Shown here one piece after another: positions 26,500-39,143 of a stretch of 64,000 bases of DNA. A program made the position numbers and the translations under genes. The notes beneath the pieces were generated by a model. It was not told the DNA's origin. It did not search any database and worked only from the letters and a program-made list of their open reading frames with translations. This DNA comes from Neovahlkampfia damariscottae (taxonomy: Eukaryota). The stretch covers positions 1-64,000 of the forward strand of contig JABLTG010000035.1 of the NCBI GenBank assembly GCA_016618085.1, in the 5' to 3' direction. Within the stretch, counting starts at the first letter, position 1. Each line of letters starts with the position of its first letter.

Positions 26500-27781
26500 A
26501 TGGCAAACATATTGTGCTGGTTGACTAACACTATCGCTTGGTATTCATTCTTAGCAACACTTATTATCTCCGTTTGTGTGGCACTCTTTCTTTACTGGTA
26601 CTGGAAAATCAGAAGCTTTGCAGGTAATCAAATATTATTTTGTATTAATAAACTTGACAGGAAACGTTGAAGAATTCTTTGTAATTAAAGATAATGAATT
26701 AAAAGCACAATGGGCTGGAAAAAAAGTTCCAATTTCATATTTACACGAAGCTTTCTTTGCTGGTAAAATTGATCGTAAAGACAATATCCCTCTTTTAGAA
26801 ATCTTAGAAAAAAGAGAACAATATTCAAGTTACACAATTACACCAGAACACGCGAAATTTTTCTTCAAACATGTTGTTCCTGAATTTTTAATTCACTCAG
26901 CATCACAAGATAGAGCTCAAGTTACAGACCATTATGACAGAGGAAATGACTTTTTTGAATACTTTTTAGGAGAAACTATGATTTATACTTCAGGTTTATT
27001 CAAAGATAAAAATGATTCATTAGAAGAAGCACAAAAAAATAAATTAGACAACATCTGTGACAAACTTCACATCAAAGAAGGAGAAACTTTATTAGATATT
27101 GGATGTGGTTGGGGTACATTAACACGTCATGCTGCTAAACACTATAAAGCTAAAGCTACTGGTGTTACTATTTCAAAAGAACAACTTGCATATCACAAAA
27201 AAAAATGTGAAGAAGATAAAGTTGAAGGTGCTGAACTTCTTTTAATGGACTACAGAGAAATTCCACAAAAAAAATACGACAAGATTTCATGTGTTGAAAT
27301 GTCAGAACATGTTGGTATTCTTAAATATCGTGCATTCATGAAACAAGTACACGAATTATTAGAAGATGATGGTTTATTCTATCTTCAAATTGCTGGACTT
27401 AGAATGACAACACATATTGAAGATATTATTTGGGGATTTTTCATGGACAAATATATCTTCCCTGGTGCTGATGCTTCATTACCTTTAACTTTCCCAATTT
27501 CACAATTAGAAAGAGCTGGATTTGAAGTACAAAGTGTTAAAACTATTGGAATTCATTATTCAATCACAATCAACAGATGGTATGACAACTGGGTTAGCAA
27601 CAGAGAAAAAATCGTTTCAAACCCAAGATATGGTGAAAAATGGTACAGAATTTGGGAATGGTTTTTGGCTTGGTCAACAATCATTGCTAGACAAGGTAAC
27701 TCAACATGTTATCAAATTATTGCTCACAAAAACCGCAATGAATTTCCACGTGATCAATGGGTATCAAATACATGGATCTAA
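26500..27781 (+). CDS. Sphingolipid C9-methyltransferase-like (cyclopropane fatty acid synthase family)
   Basis: DHYDRGNDFF, LDIGCGWG, WGFFMDKYIFPGADAS and RQGNSTCYQI, with an N-terminal TM. Intron 26624-26660. Confidence 0.88.
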
Positions 27782-27890
27782 ATTTATAAATTTTAATGTT
27801 TTCAAAAATAATTTTGTTTTTTTTTTCTAAATGGAAAAACAACCAATAAAAATGTTGCACGTTGTATTTTTACCACCAATCACTTAAATT

Positions 27891-28640
27891 ATGAATCCAA
27901 TAAGTACAACAGAAACCACTGCAACAAAAGCTGTAGCAGATGTAAATTGGAATTTATTATTTCAAATTGATCAATGGTATATTAACCAAGAAGTATTAAC
28001 ACAACACTGGCAATCTTTATTAATTTCTTTTGGTGTTGTCTTTATTTGTTTCATTATTTTCATTATCGGTCAAAAAATGGGTATTAACACACAATTTTGG
28101 AAAGGAATGAAATTTTCAAAATATTCAATTTTCAATTCACCTCATTTTAACTTATTTTGGTCCATATTTTATTTTCCTTTGGCAATTGGTTCTTGGTTAA
28201 TTTGGATCAATACAGAAGAAAAATGGTCAAATTCAATGACAATATATTTTGCACATCTTGCAGTCAATGCTCTCTTCTCAAGTAAGAAATTGTCTTTTTT
28301 TCTAAAAGTATAATTAGCATCACTTTGGTGGAGTCAAGATCTTTCATTAGCATTGTTAAACCTTTTAATTTTACTTGGTGTTGCAATGTTCACAACAAAT
28401 CAATTTTCTTTCACTTTACCTTTTGCATCATTGATTAATACACCTTATTTATTTTGGTTATTATATCTATTTATTGATTTTTGTTATGTATGGTGGATTA
28501 ATGAAGGAAAAGAAGCTATGGCTATGGTAAAAGGAAATGCAGGTGGTGTTATTAAAAAGAAAACAGCTGCTATGCCAGATGAACTAAAAGAAAAATTAAG
28601 AACCAAAGTATTAAACAATAAAATTAAAAAAAATAAATAA
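27891..28640 (+). CDS. TSPO: TspO/MBR family translocator protein
   Basis: PHFNLFWSIFYFPLAIGSWLIW, YFAHLAVNALFS and INTPYLFWLLY. 1 intron. Confidence 0.8.
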
Positions 28641-28737
28641 ATATTTCATCATGTGGTGGACACATTATTTGTCAAAACATTTCTTTGAAATTTCCACCAA
28701 TCATTTTTTTTTTTAACTTCACAAAAACAAGAAGAAG

Positions 28738-29086
28738 ATGGTATTGTTTGGTGATAAAAAACATAAGTTAAAGTAAATGGAGATGAATAATACTAATATA
28801 TTCTAAAGAGATATATTGAAGAAAATAGACTATATGGAAGATGATATGTGTTCAAATGAAATGAATACATATTATCAATGTATGAAATCAAATAATTACG
28901 AAAATTTAAAATGTATTGGATATTATGCAAGGTTAAATGGTAATTTTTGAATATTTATTTAAAAAAAATAAAGTTTGTTGGGAAAAAGAAAAACGTCAAA
29001 TTTTGAAACAAAGAAAAGAGTTTTCATCCTTGGGATATAAATTTTCTAAAATAGCAAAGATTGTTAATCCAAAATTAAGAAAATAA
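28738..29086 (+). CDS. Twin CX9C (CHCH) protein, mS37/CHCHD1-like (absent from the ORF track)
   Basis: Spliced CSNEMNTLYQC-MKSNNYENLK-CIGYYARLNVC. 2 introns. CCAAT at 28697. Confidence 0.7.
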
Positions 29087-29127
29087 AGTTTATATTTTTC
29101 AAGATCAATTTTAAATTCTTATTTGAA

Positions 29128-29691
29128 CTAAAGTTTCAATTTCATAATTTTATTTTCCAAATTATTCAAATTTGAAAAATAAATCATTTTTTTTGAACTT
29201 GAATATTCTTTTAGAATGTTTAATAAATTCTTTTTATTTTGTTTTTTTGATACTTTAAACAATAGATTTAATTTTAATTTTTCATTTTTTAATATTGGAT
29301 ATTTCTGGATTAAAGATTTAATATACATGTAATTATTGATTATTTCATTGTTTGATATAATGATAGATATTGATATTTGAATATCATACTTTAAAATTTG
29401 TTTCATTTTTTCGATTTCATTCTCTTCTTTTAATATAAAAAAGATTGTCATGGTTTCATTTTTTATTTGGTTCAACTTAAAATTACCTTGAAATTTTGAA
29501 TATAATTCATTTGCATTTGGTAATATCGAAAAATATTTATATCTTTTAACTCCAAATATTTTTTTATGAGGATGAAGAGTAAACGTTGTATATTTGTTAT
29601 TCTTGTGATAATGAAAGAAGAATAAATTAAATAGAAGAAATAATATTGACCCTAAACCACTTAGAATTAATAGTATTTTGAATGAATTCAT
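29128..29691 (-). CDS. Hypothetical signal-anchored protein
   Basis: ORF with an N-terminal hydrophobic helix (MNSFKILLILSGLGSILFLLFNLFF). Confidence 0.55.
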   Translation of the reverse strand: MNSFKILLILSGLGSILFLLFNLFFFHYHKNNKYTTFTLHPHKKIFGVKRYKYFSILPNANELYSKFQGNFKLNQIKNETMTIFFILKEENEIEKMKQILKYDIQISISIIISNNEIINNYMYIKSLIQKYPILKNEKLKLNLLFKVSKKQNKKNLLNILKEYSSSKKMIYFSNLNNLENKIMKLKL

Positions 29692-29755
29692 TATTCTATG
29701 CTCTTTGGGGTTGTTAATTATTTTATCCAACCAATTGGTTGGTTAGAATCATCCA

Positions 29756-31040
29756 ATGGAATCACAAACCCAAAAAATAGAAGAGGAACAAAAAGTAGAA
29801 AACAATTCATGGAACAACATTGATTTATTTCTGAATTTTTTCAAGAATATACCACAAATACCGAAATTACTTTTGATAGTGTCTTTAGTTTTGTATTTAT
29901 TGTCAAAAATAATTGATGGAATATTTCCTCCATTGATATTAGGAAACTATACTGAATTCTATTCAATGAATTATTTTTCATTTTCAATTAAATAGTAAAA
30001 TAGTATTTTTAAACAATCTAAGTTCATTAGGTTAATAATAACTTTTAATTTAACTTTCTTTTTTTGAACAGGTAAATTATATATTTGGAATTTTATGACT
30101 TGTTATTTTTTTGAATCAAATTTATTTTCAATAATATTTGGTGGAATTTCAATTATTTATTTTGGTAAACTGTAAGTGTGTCTTATACTTTATAATAACT
30201 TATATTTAGAGTAGCAAGTTTAAAATGGAGTAATCGTGAGTTTATATATTTTATAATATTTGTTCAATTCTTTTCATATTTTAATTCTATTTTAATTAAT
30301 ATTTTTATTGGTAGATGGATTGATGATTATGTAAGTATCTATTTTTACATTTATTGATAAAGTATTATAATTTAAGATTTAATGGAATGATATCACTTCA
30401 TATTGCATTTACTTTAATTTTAAAAAGAGAAAATAATAATGTATTTTCCACTAATTCAATTTATGGAAGAGTAAAGATATTATATTTCAATTTTAAATTC
30501 ATTTAGAATTTTCATTTATTTTCAATTTTATTTAATTTTATGTATGTAATTATTATTTCAAAAGAATATACTCAAATATTATTATCATTATTTGGAATAT
30601 CATTTGGTATAAAATATTTTATTTTTTTAAAAGAAAGGTTGGATATTTTTAAGATTTTATATTAAAAATGATGATGGTACTATTGGATTTAAAGAAGGTA
30701 ATCTATTTAATACCTTCATTTTATTGGTTTAGATTCATTTTCATTTTCATCATTTTTCCCTTCCAATATTTCGTAACTTTTTCTTTTCTTTTAACTAAAA
30801 AAAAGAGTATGGATTGATATTATTATATCTTCACCAATTTATTTAGTTCTAAATCAAATTGGAATATTAACAATAAGAAAATCAGAAATGATAATTAAAA
30901 TTGAAAATGAAGAAAATATTTCTATTTTAGGTTCAAGTAATGAAACTGCAAAAAAGAGAAGAGAATTTGCTAACTCTGAAATTGATTCAAAATTAGCATT
31001 AACTGAAGAAAAAGTTGAAAATGTGTCTGAAATAATTTAA
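29756..31040 (+). CDS. TMEM115-like rhomboid-fold Golgi membrane protein
   Basis: Spliced YIWNFMTCYFFE, WSNREFIYFI, RFNG and GWIFLRFY...DSFSFSSFFP. About 8 introns including an 8-nt exon. Confidence 0.7.
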
Positions 31041-31042
31041 TA

Positions 31043-32374
31043 TTATTTTTCGTCAATTAAATTTTGATATTTTGAAAGATGACTTATAAATCTCTTTTCT
31101 GACATTAATACTTTAAATATTTCAATATTCTTTAATTCTTTATCTTTTAACTTTGTATCTATAAATTTATGAAATATTTCATTTTTTAAATATTTTGAAT
31201 AAAAGTTCTTTCCAAAAAAAGTAAAAATAATAAACCCAATCAACCTACCACTTCAAAATGAATATTTAAATGATTAAATGAAATTAATATATCATTAAAG
31301 AATTGTAATATTATGGTTTTAATTTTTTGATTCTTTGTATTTAATTGATTTAAAATATCATTCAAATGTATTATTGAATTAGAATAATTGAATAAATTTT
31401 GAAAAAAAAAATAATTTAAAAATACATTTTTTGAATCAATTAAATGATCATGAAACCATTCATTAAATAATTTAATTAAAAAATATTTTAAAATATGACT
31501 TTCATGTTGTTCATTTTCATTTAAAAGTATTGTTTTAAAAATGGAATTAAAATGTAATATGAATTCATTTTTCAATTCTATTTGATATACTGAATTACTT
31601 TTTGATAAAAAATAAATAATCTAAAAATAGTTATTTTAAGTATTTTTTTACTTGAATTGATTCCTTTTTATTTTCTAAAGTACCATCATAATCAAATGAA
31701 TATTTCAAACATTTAAATAAATGTAATGATAATTTTGAATTTAATACAGATAAATCTTCACATATTAATATTCCTAATATATTTGTAATATATTCATTTT
31801 GATAAATATCATCCAATAAAATTGAATTCAAATAATTATAAAATTTTTCATTCATTTTGATCATATCTCTTAATTTTATACTTATATTGATGGAAAAATA
31901 AAGTAATTTTGTTTGTTTGAATTTGAATATAAATGTTAAAAGATAATATAAATATAAATCATTTTCTTTATACTTTTGGGTTAATAAAATTAAAGTTTCA
32001 TTAAAATAATGATTATTATTTGTTATTTTCATTTTGTATATTCTTGAAATACATTGAAGTATCATTGCCCACATCTCTCTATTTTCAATTTTATCCAAGT
32101 TCATTTTTTTTGAATTGAGAAATATTGATAAAGTACAAGTTAAACTTGTTAAAATTATAATTAATCGCAAGTTATCTTTTAATTTTTCAGAAAAATATTC
32201 AAATAGTTGAATGGCTAAATAAAAGTTCAATCCTCTTTCATCTCTCTCAAAGAGTATTAAATTTAATTCATGAATACTTTTAGCATACTCTAATATCAAT
32301 TCATTTGAACATATTATTTTGTCTCTTTCTCTGTAAATGTTTTCTAAACTTTGAGTGTTTGGTTGTGATTTCAT
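31043..32374 (-). CDS. Hypothetical helical protein (2 introns)
   Basis: Three ORF fragments join through GT-AG introns. The ATG overlaps CCAATG. Confidence 0.6.
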
Positions 32375-32418
32375 TGGATGATTTCATCAACCAATTATTT
32401 TAAAAGTCTCAAATAATA

Positions 32419-33501
32419 ATGAAACAAATTATATTCAGCACAAAAAAAAATAGAAAAATATATCAACAGTATATTCCTGAAGATATATTAGAATCTTGGA
32501 TGCTTGAAAATAGTAAAACTGATTTAGCCTTGGATTATCCAACACACGTTTCTCAAAAGGGAGGTTACTATCACATAGACTCAACTTTAACTATAAATTT
32601 AATTGAAAATTGGAAAAAGAGTACATAATATTTCACCATTCATATTTTTAGGTATTGAAAAAAAGGATGATTTTTTCATGGAAGTAAAATGAAATTCTTC
32701 ATTTATTCATTAAAAGGAATTCAGACCATCTTTTGGATTTCGATTATTCATAGATCTTGATATTAAATTAGATATTGAAGAGCAGTTTGACATTCAATCA
32801 AATTTATGGATTGAAAAAATTCAAATGTTTACAAATCAATTTTTTGGAACTACTGAAAATGTTTGTATTATAACTGAAACACATGGAAGTAATATCATAT
32901 TAATTTTAATAAAAATGAGATTGGAGTGATAAAAAATGTTTGTCATCGAAATATAAATCAGGGTTCAGAATTTATTTTCCATACATTTTTATTAACAACG
33001 AAATTTATAAGTTGTATATGAAGAAATTGTCAAAAGAATTTGAAAATGAGAAATATAAAAATCAACCAAAAGATTGGAAAATGGATGATATATTTGATAA
33101 TGAAATATGTAATCATGAAAGATCAAGGATGGTTAAGAAAAATGAAATATTAAATATCTATTAGTTTGGTATGAATTTACGTGTTTAATATCAAAAATAG
33201 GTAGTTGTAAATGGAGAAGAGGAAATAATTTAAGAAGAGTTTATTCATTTTTTGGATGTAAGAAGAGTATATTACATTTTGAATTAATAATTTTAAAGCT
33301 TTTAAAAATGGAAAAGAAATGAAGAAATTTACAAAATATTTGAATGAAAATATGTTTGAATTAATACAATTTACAATGATAAGACTTGATAATTTTAAAG
33401 GAAAAAATTATGAAAAAATGAAAGCAAATTTATATCAATTAAATAATTCAAAACATTTAGAAAAAAGAGATATTAATATTTACATAAATCATAATGATTG
33501 A
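32419..33501 (+). CDS. Archaeo-eukaryotic primase (AEP) domain protein resembling NCLDV A468R/D5 N-terminal primases (6 introns)
   Basis: Spliced PTHVSQKGGYYHI...FRLFIDLDIK...KSGFRIYFP...DDIFDNEIC..RSRMFGSCK...RVY...FTMIR. Confidence 0.7.
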
Positions 33502-33502
33502 A

Positions 33503-33800
33503 TTATTCTGGTTTTTTTATTTTTACATTTTCATAGTCAGAATTCCATTGTTTTTCATATTTCTTTATTCTTTCTGTATCTGATAATTCAAATTTTTCAA
33601 ACATATTTAACTTTTTGTTGTTCTCTTTTAAACTTTAAACTGATGATAAGTTAGTTACCTATTGCTTTTTGTTCCATTGATTTAATTTCTTCTTCTTTTT
33701 CTATTTTCTTTTGCATGTATGATTGAATAATAAATGTACCTCCTAATAATACAAACAGTGACATTGAGGTTTGATTAGCGTATTTAGATTTGAAAAACAT
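33503..33800 (-). CDS. COX16: Cytochrome c oxidase assembly protein COX16-like
   Basis: TM LFVLLGGTFII and C-terminal DYENVKIKKPE. 1 intron. CCAAT (ATTGG on +) at 33826. Confidence 0.65.
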
Positions 33801-33850
33801 TTGAAAGAGAACGAAAAAGAATCTAATTGGTGGATTATTTATAATTTGGT

Positions 33851-34523
33851 TTAATAAAAACTGCATTTATTATTCATAATACAATTAATAGGTGGTAAAG
33901 AACCTATACTATAAACACAAGTTGAACATTTTTTTCGAACTGATTTTTCACATTCTTCAATATCTGGTAACACATGAGAAATTGAAGGTAATTTAATATT
34001 TTGTATTTTCTTTGTTTTTTGAATTTTAACTGGATTTGAAATAGTTTGTTCACTACAAAAATTCCAATTAATTTTTGTGTTGGAATCTAATTCTGTTATT
34101 TTTTCACTTTCAAGAAAATTAGAATATTTCTAAATTTTTACTTTTTACACTTTTGACATTCATAATTTTTTGAAAAATTCATTCCTTTTTCTTTTAAACA
34201 TTGTTTATGATCATATTTTGAACCTAAATAAAAAATAAATGAATTGAAACTAAAATACATTTGGAACACTCAACAAGTTCTTCAACATGTTCATCATCAA
34301 AATGAAAGTTTGATGGGTATATTTTGAAACAATAAGAACAATAATGCCCTTTTTGAAAATGTAGTCCACCTAAATAAAATAAATTTTTTTTTTTTTGTCT
34401 ACATTTGTTACAAAGTGTAACTTTCTTTCCTGTTTCTTTCTTCCATCCTTTCCTCCATATAGGAGTTTTTGTGGTTTTACAGTGTTCACAAAAACGAACT
34501 TCTTCTGTTTTGTTGCCACTCAT
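33851..34523 (-). CDS. GATA zinc finger plus PHD-like finger protein
   Basis: CEHCKTTKTPIWRKGW...LCNKCGLHF, then YCSYCFKIY...ECSKC...H..C. Confidence 0.75.
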
Positions 34524-34580
34524 CAAAATTTATGAACAGAAAAAACAACCAATCAAATCAACTTGAACCATCCAATTAAA

Positions 34581-37210
34581 ATGGCACCAGAAGAAGAAAA
34601 GGAAGAAATATTAATGGATTTTGAAAAAGTAATTAAATTGGATGAGAACAAAATTTTGAAAGAAGGTGATATTTGGAATATAATATCAAAGGAATGGATT
34701 GAACAACTCAAACTATTTGGAAATCAAGTTAGAGAAATTGATAATAAGAAATTATTAAAAGATGAAGAATTAAAGAAGGATATTATTGAAGGAAAAGACT
34801 ATATTTTTATTTCTAATGATCTTTGGAAACAACTTTTTGAAAAATTTGGTGGTAAATATTTAATTTGATAATATTAATTCAAGAAAAGGAGGACCAAATA
34901 TTGAAAGAAAAGTTATTTTAGAGGGTGAAAAAAAGATTTGTAAAATTGAAACACATTTATGTAAAATCAAAATGATTACAACAAAGAAGGAAAAGATTGA
35001 TGAAAAAGAAACAATAATATATTTAAGTAAAAAGAGTTTAATTTCAGAAATGAAAGAAATTGGATTAAAATTATTAAATCTAGAAAACAAAGAAATTAGA
35101 ATATGGAATTTGATTGATCCAAATGAACCAATAATATTAGATACAGAAAAGACAATTGAAGAATCATTAATTCAAGATGGACAACACATTTTATTTGAAA
35201 CAAAGAATATATTAGATGGAAATTGGATCATAAAAAATGAAAAAAAAAAAAATAATTTTTCAGAGAGTTTTTCACAATTCTTCAAGAAGTTTCCATCATT
35301 TTCAACTAATAATACATCAACATTAAAACAAAAAGGAAATGGATTATGTGGATTAAATAATTTAGGAAATACATGTTTTATGAATTCTGCATTACAATGT
35401 TTATCAAATACATCAGAATTAACTTTTTATTTTTTAAATGAAAATTATAAACATGATATAAATAAAACAAATCCATTAGGAATGAAAGGTAAATTAGCAA
35501 TAACCTATGGTGAATTAATTAAAAAAATGTGGAACGGAAATTCATCATCAATTTCACCAACTCAATTCAAATATGTTTTATCACAATTTGCACCTCAATT
35601 TAATGGTTATAGACAACATGATTCACAAGAATTATTATCATTTTTATTAGATGGTTTACATGAAGATTTAAATTTAATTACAAAAAAACCATATCTTGAA
35701 ATTGAAGATGGTGATGGAAATAATGATGAAAAAGTATCAAAATCAACATGGGATTATCATTTACAAAGAAATAAATCAATTATAGTTGATAATTTTCATG
35801 GTCAATTAAAAGTAAGTTTAAAAAAATGTTTATAAATTTAAAAGTCAACTTTAATTTGTCCAGATTGTAAAAATATTTCAATTAAATTTGATCCATTTAT
35901 GTATTTATCTTTACCATTATCTCCAATTCAATTAAAAGAAATGACAGTTTTATATTTAAATGAATATTCAAATGAAAGATTTACAAAGTATACAATTAAG
36001 ATACCATATGAGTCAAAAATATCAATTTTAAGAAAAGAATTTAAAAAGGTTTTGAATAATGACAATGATGAATTAGTATTTTCAGATATGAATACAAATA
36101 GAATTCATTCTATTATGAATGATGATCAAAATATATCAGAAATTAAAAGCAAAGAAAAAATTCTTTGTTTTAAAAAAAATAAAGAATATGAAAAAGTTAT
36201 GATAAATATTTGTCAAAAGAAGAAAAATGATCTTTGTGGGTAAAAATTGAATCAATATTAAAATATATAAGTATACCAATGATATTATTTGTTGAACAAA
36301 AAATGAAAGGAATTGAATTGTATAAAGAAATTAGAAATATTTTTGATAGATTTATTATTAAAGAAGAAGAAGAAGAAGAAGAAGAAGAAACATATTTTAA
36401 ATTATCAATAGTTTCAAAATTAGCCAATTCATGTGGTAAATGTAAAATAGAATGTAGTGGGTGTGAAATAAAATACACAGATGATGAAATAGAGTTGGAA
36501 AATGGAATGAATATTTCAATTAATTGGAATTCAATCCAATATTTCAATCAAAAAGAAGCAATGGTAAATTAAAATGAATCTCTAATTCTTTTAGACTGTG
36601 GATATTCATAATTCAGAAACTACATCAAAATCATCTGGAGGAAGATATCATCTCCCACTGAGAGATTGTTTGTTAAAATTCTCAGAAACTGAACAATTAG
36701 GTGAAAATGATCCATGGTATGATTGATAACAATTTTTTAACCATTTATATATAGGTATTGTCCAAAATGTAAAGATTTAAAACAAGCATGGAAGAAGTTT
36801 GAGATTTATTCACTTCCAAATTTATTAATTATTCATTTAAAAAGATTCATTTTTACGAAAAGATATGGTCAAAAATTGAGCACTTTAGGTAATATCATTC
36901 TTTCTTATTCTTATATTGAATAGTTGATTTTCCAATTGAATCATTTGATATGTCAGAATATGTTGTTGGTAATAAAGATAAAAACACAATTTATGATTTA
37001 TATGCAATATCTGTAAGTTACAAACATATTAATTTTAATATTAACAAGAATCATTCAGGATCTTTGTACTCTGGTCATTATACTGCTGATGCTAAAAATA
37101 CATTCAATGGAAATTGGTATCATTTTAATGATTCATCAGTTTCTAAAACTAATGTTAATTCTTTAGTTTCATCATCTGCTTATGTTCTTTTTTATCAAAA
37201 AAGAAAATGA
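34581..37210 (+). CDS. Ubiquitin-specific protease, USP4/11/15 type (DUSP-UBL-USP)
   Basis: [30 protein letters not shown] and GHYTA...WYHFNDS...AYVLFY. Confidence 0.95.
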
Positions 37211-37233
37211 AAAAGAAATTTGAGTTTTTATTT

Positions 37234-38994
37234 TTAAATTGAAGTGTTAATAAACTTTAAAAATGTTTGACATTCATTCAAAATTAATTCTTGTTTAAAA
37301 TCACCAAAATCTAAAGTTATTTGATTTTTAATCAATTTGCTGATTGTAACTTTCTTTAATTGCTTCAATAATTTCTTCCATTCAAATAATCCAATACCAA
37401 ATTCATTTGGATGTGCTCTTAACAGCATTATCATTTTAGAGTCAAATAATAAATAAAAAGTATTTTCTTCATTTCTTCCATTAAATAATGTCAATTTTTC
37501 ATGATTGATTTTTGAAATATTTTCAATTTTAATTGCTAATTTTGAATCATTTTCATCAATCAAATCATTATTTATCATTTCAGTATCATCCAATGAAAAG
37601 TTTGAATTAAAATTAGTTTCATTTTGTGATTCCTTTTTTAATGATTTATTTTCAATATCTTCATTTTTCATTTTCCATTTTGCAAATAAATCAGAAGAAT
37701 AATTTTTAATTGTTGAAAATATTGATTCATTTTCTTCATTATTTTTATCATTTTTATCATCATGAACAAATTCAATTTCATTTGTTGAAATATATTTAAT
37801 ACCTATTGATTGTAATTAATATTTAATCATCTTACAACCTTTAAACCCTTCATAGGCTATACTAATATGTTTAAAATCATTTTTTATAAATTTCATTGCG
37901 ATTAATTTCAAAAAATTATCTTCTTCTTCTAAATTTCTACCTGTACCAAATATTGTAAAATGACTATCTTTTGCAGATTCAAATTGATTTATAATTTTTT
38001 TAATTTTATTTTCATCATATTTTATATTTGAGCCAATATGAATGGCTGTTGGTATTCTTGCAAATTTAAAAGATTCAATTGAACGACAATCAATAATAAT
38101 ATAATTTTGATGATAATTATTTGATAAAGTATTCACTTTTTTCTTTTTTAAAAAACCTTCAATAATTTCAAATGTAGGTATTGGTAAAATTAAATTCTTT
38201 TTAAAAAATTGAAATAATTCATCTAAATTAGTTTCTTTTGTTGGAAATAATAAACTCATTAATTGATTCTTTGTTGATAATGGTGTTCTCATTTCAATTT
38301 CTTTTCCTATTTTTTGTATTTCAATAATTTCAATTAAATTTTGAATTTTATTCATTTTAACATTTAAATCTTTTTTAATTAATAAATTCTTTTCTCTTTT
38401 TTTAATTAAATATCCAATTCCAAAGAATATTGGAAATAATTTATTTTTTGAATTAATAAGTAATGTATCCCATAAATATAATATTTCATCAGTTAAATTT
38501 AAGAAATTATTAAAAATCTAAAAGAATTAATTATTAATTTAGTTACAAAGGATTGAATATATTCTATTGGTTCAATCGAATTGGAATCAAAATTTAAACA
38601 TAACTTTGGATCATGATAAAGTAATATTAATCTAAATAATAAACAAAAACATCTTTAAAGTTAATTATTAAATTATAATTACTTACTCAAAATGTTTGAA
38701 TTTATAAAAATATCTTTTTGTTATACTTTCAAAAAGTGAATATTTTTCAATTTGAGTTATATTTTCAAATTCATTTACAATTTTATACACCTTCTTTTCA
38801 TCTTCTGATATTTCTTTATATTTTTCAGTAAAATGTTCAAGAACATCTTTATTGTTTAAATCTTCTTCCACAAGTTCAACATTCAATAATTTTATCCATA
38901 CTTTCCCTCTAAACTCACTTGGTATGTCATACTTTGAACAATATTCCAACAGTTTTTCAGAATCATTTTCCTTTAAAATCTCTTCAACCTCCAT
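37234..38994 (-). CDS. TBC1D23: TBC1D23-like (TBC plus rhodanese plus PH-like C-terminus)
   Basis: IPSEFRGKVWIKLL, FRLILLYHDPKL, IIDCRS...ARIPTAIH and LLKQLKKVTISK. Confidence 0.75.
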
Positions 38995-39143
38995 TTTTCA
39001 AAATGAGATAATTGGTTGTTTAGAATAAAATTTTTGGAACTTCAAAAATATCTCTAAACATGAATTTTTTTATATATTGTGTGTTTCTTTCTGCATTTTA
39101 CGGATAAATTTTCTCCTGAACTCTGATTGGATTATTCAATTGC

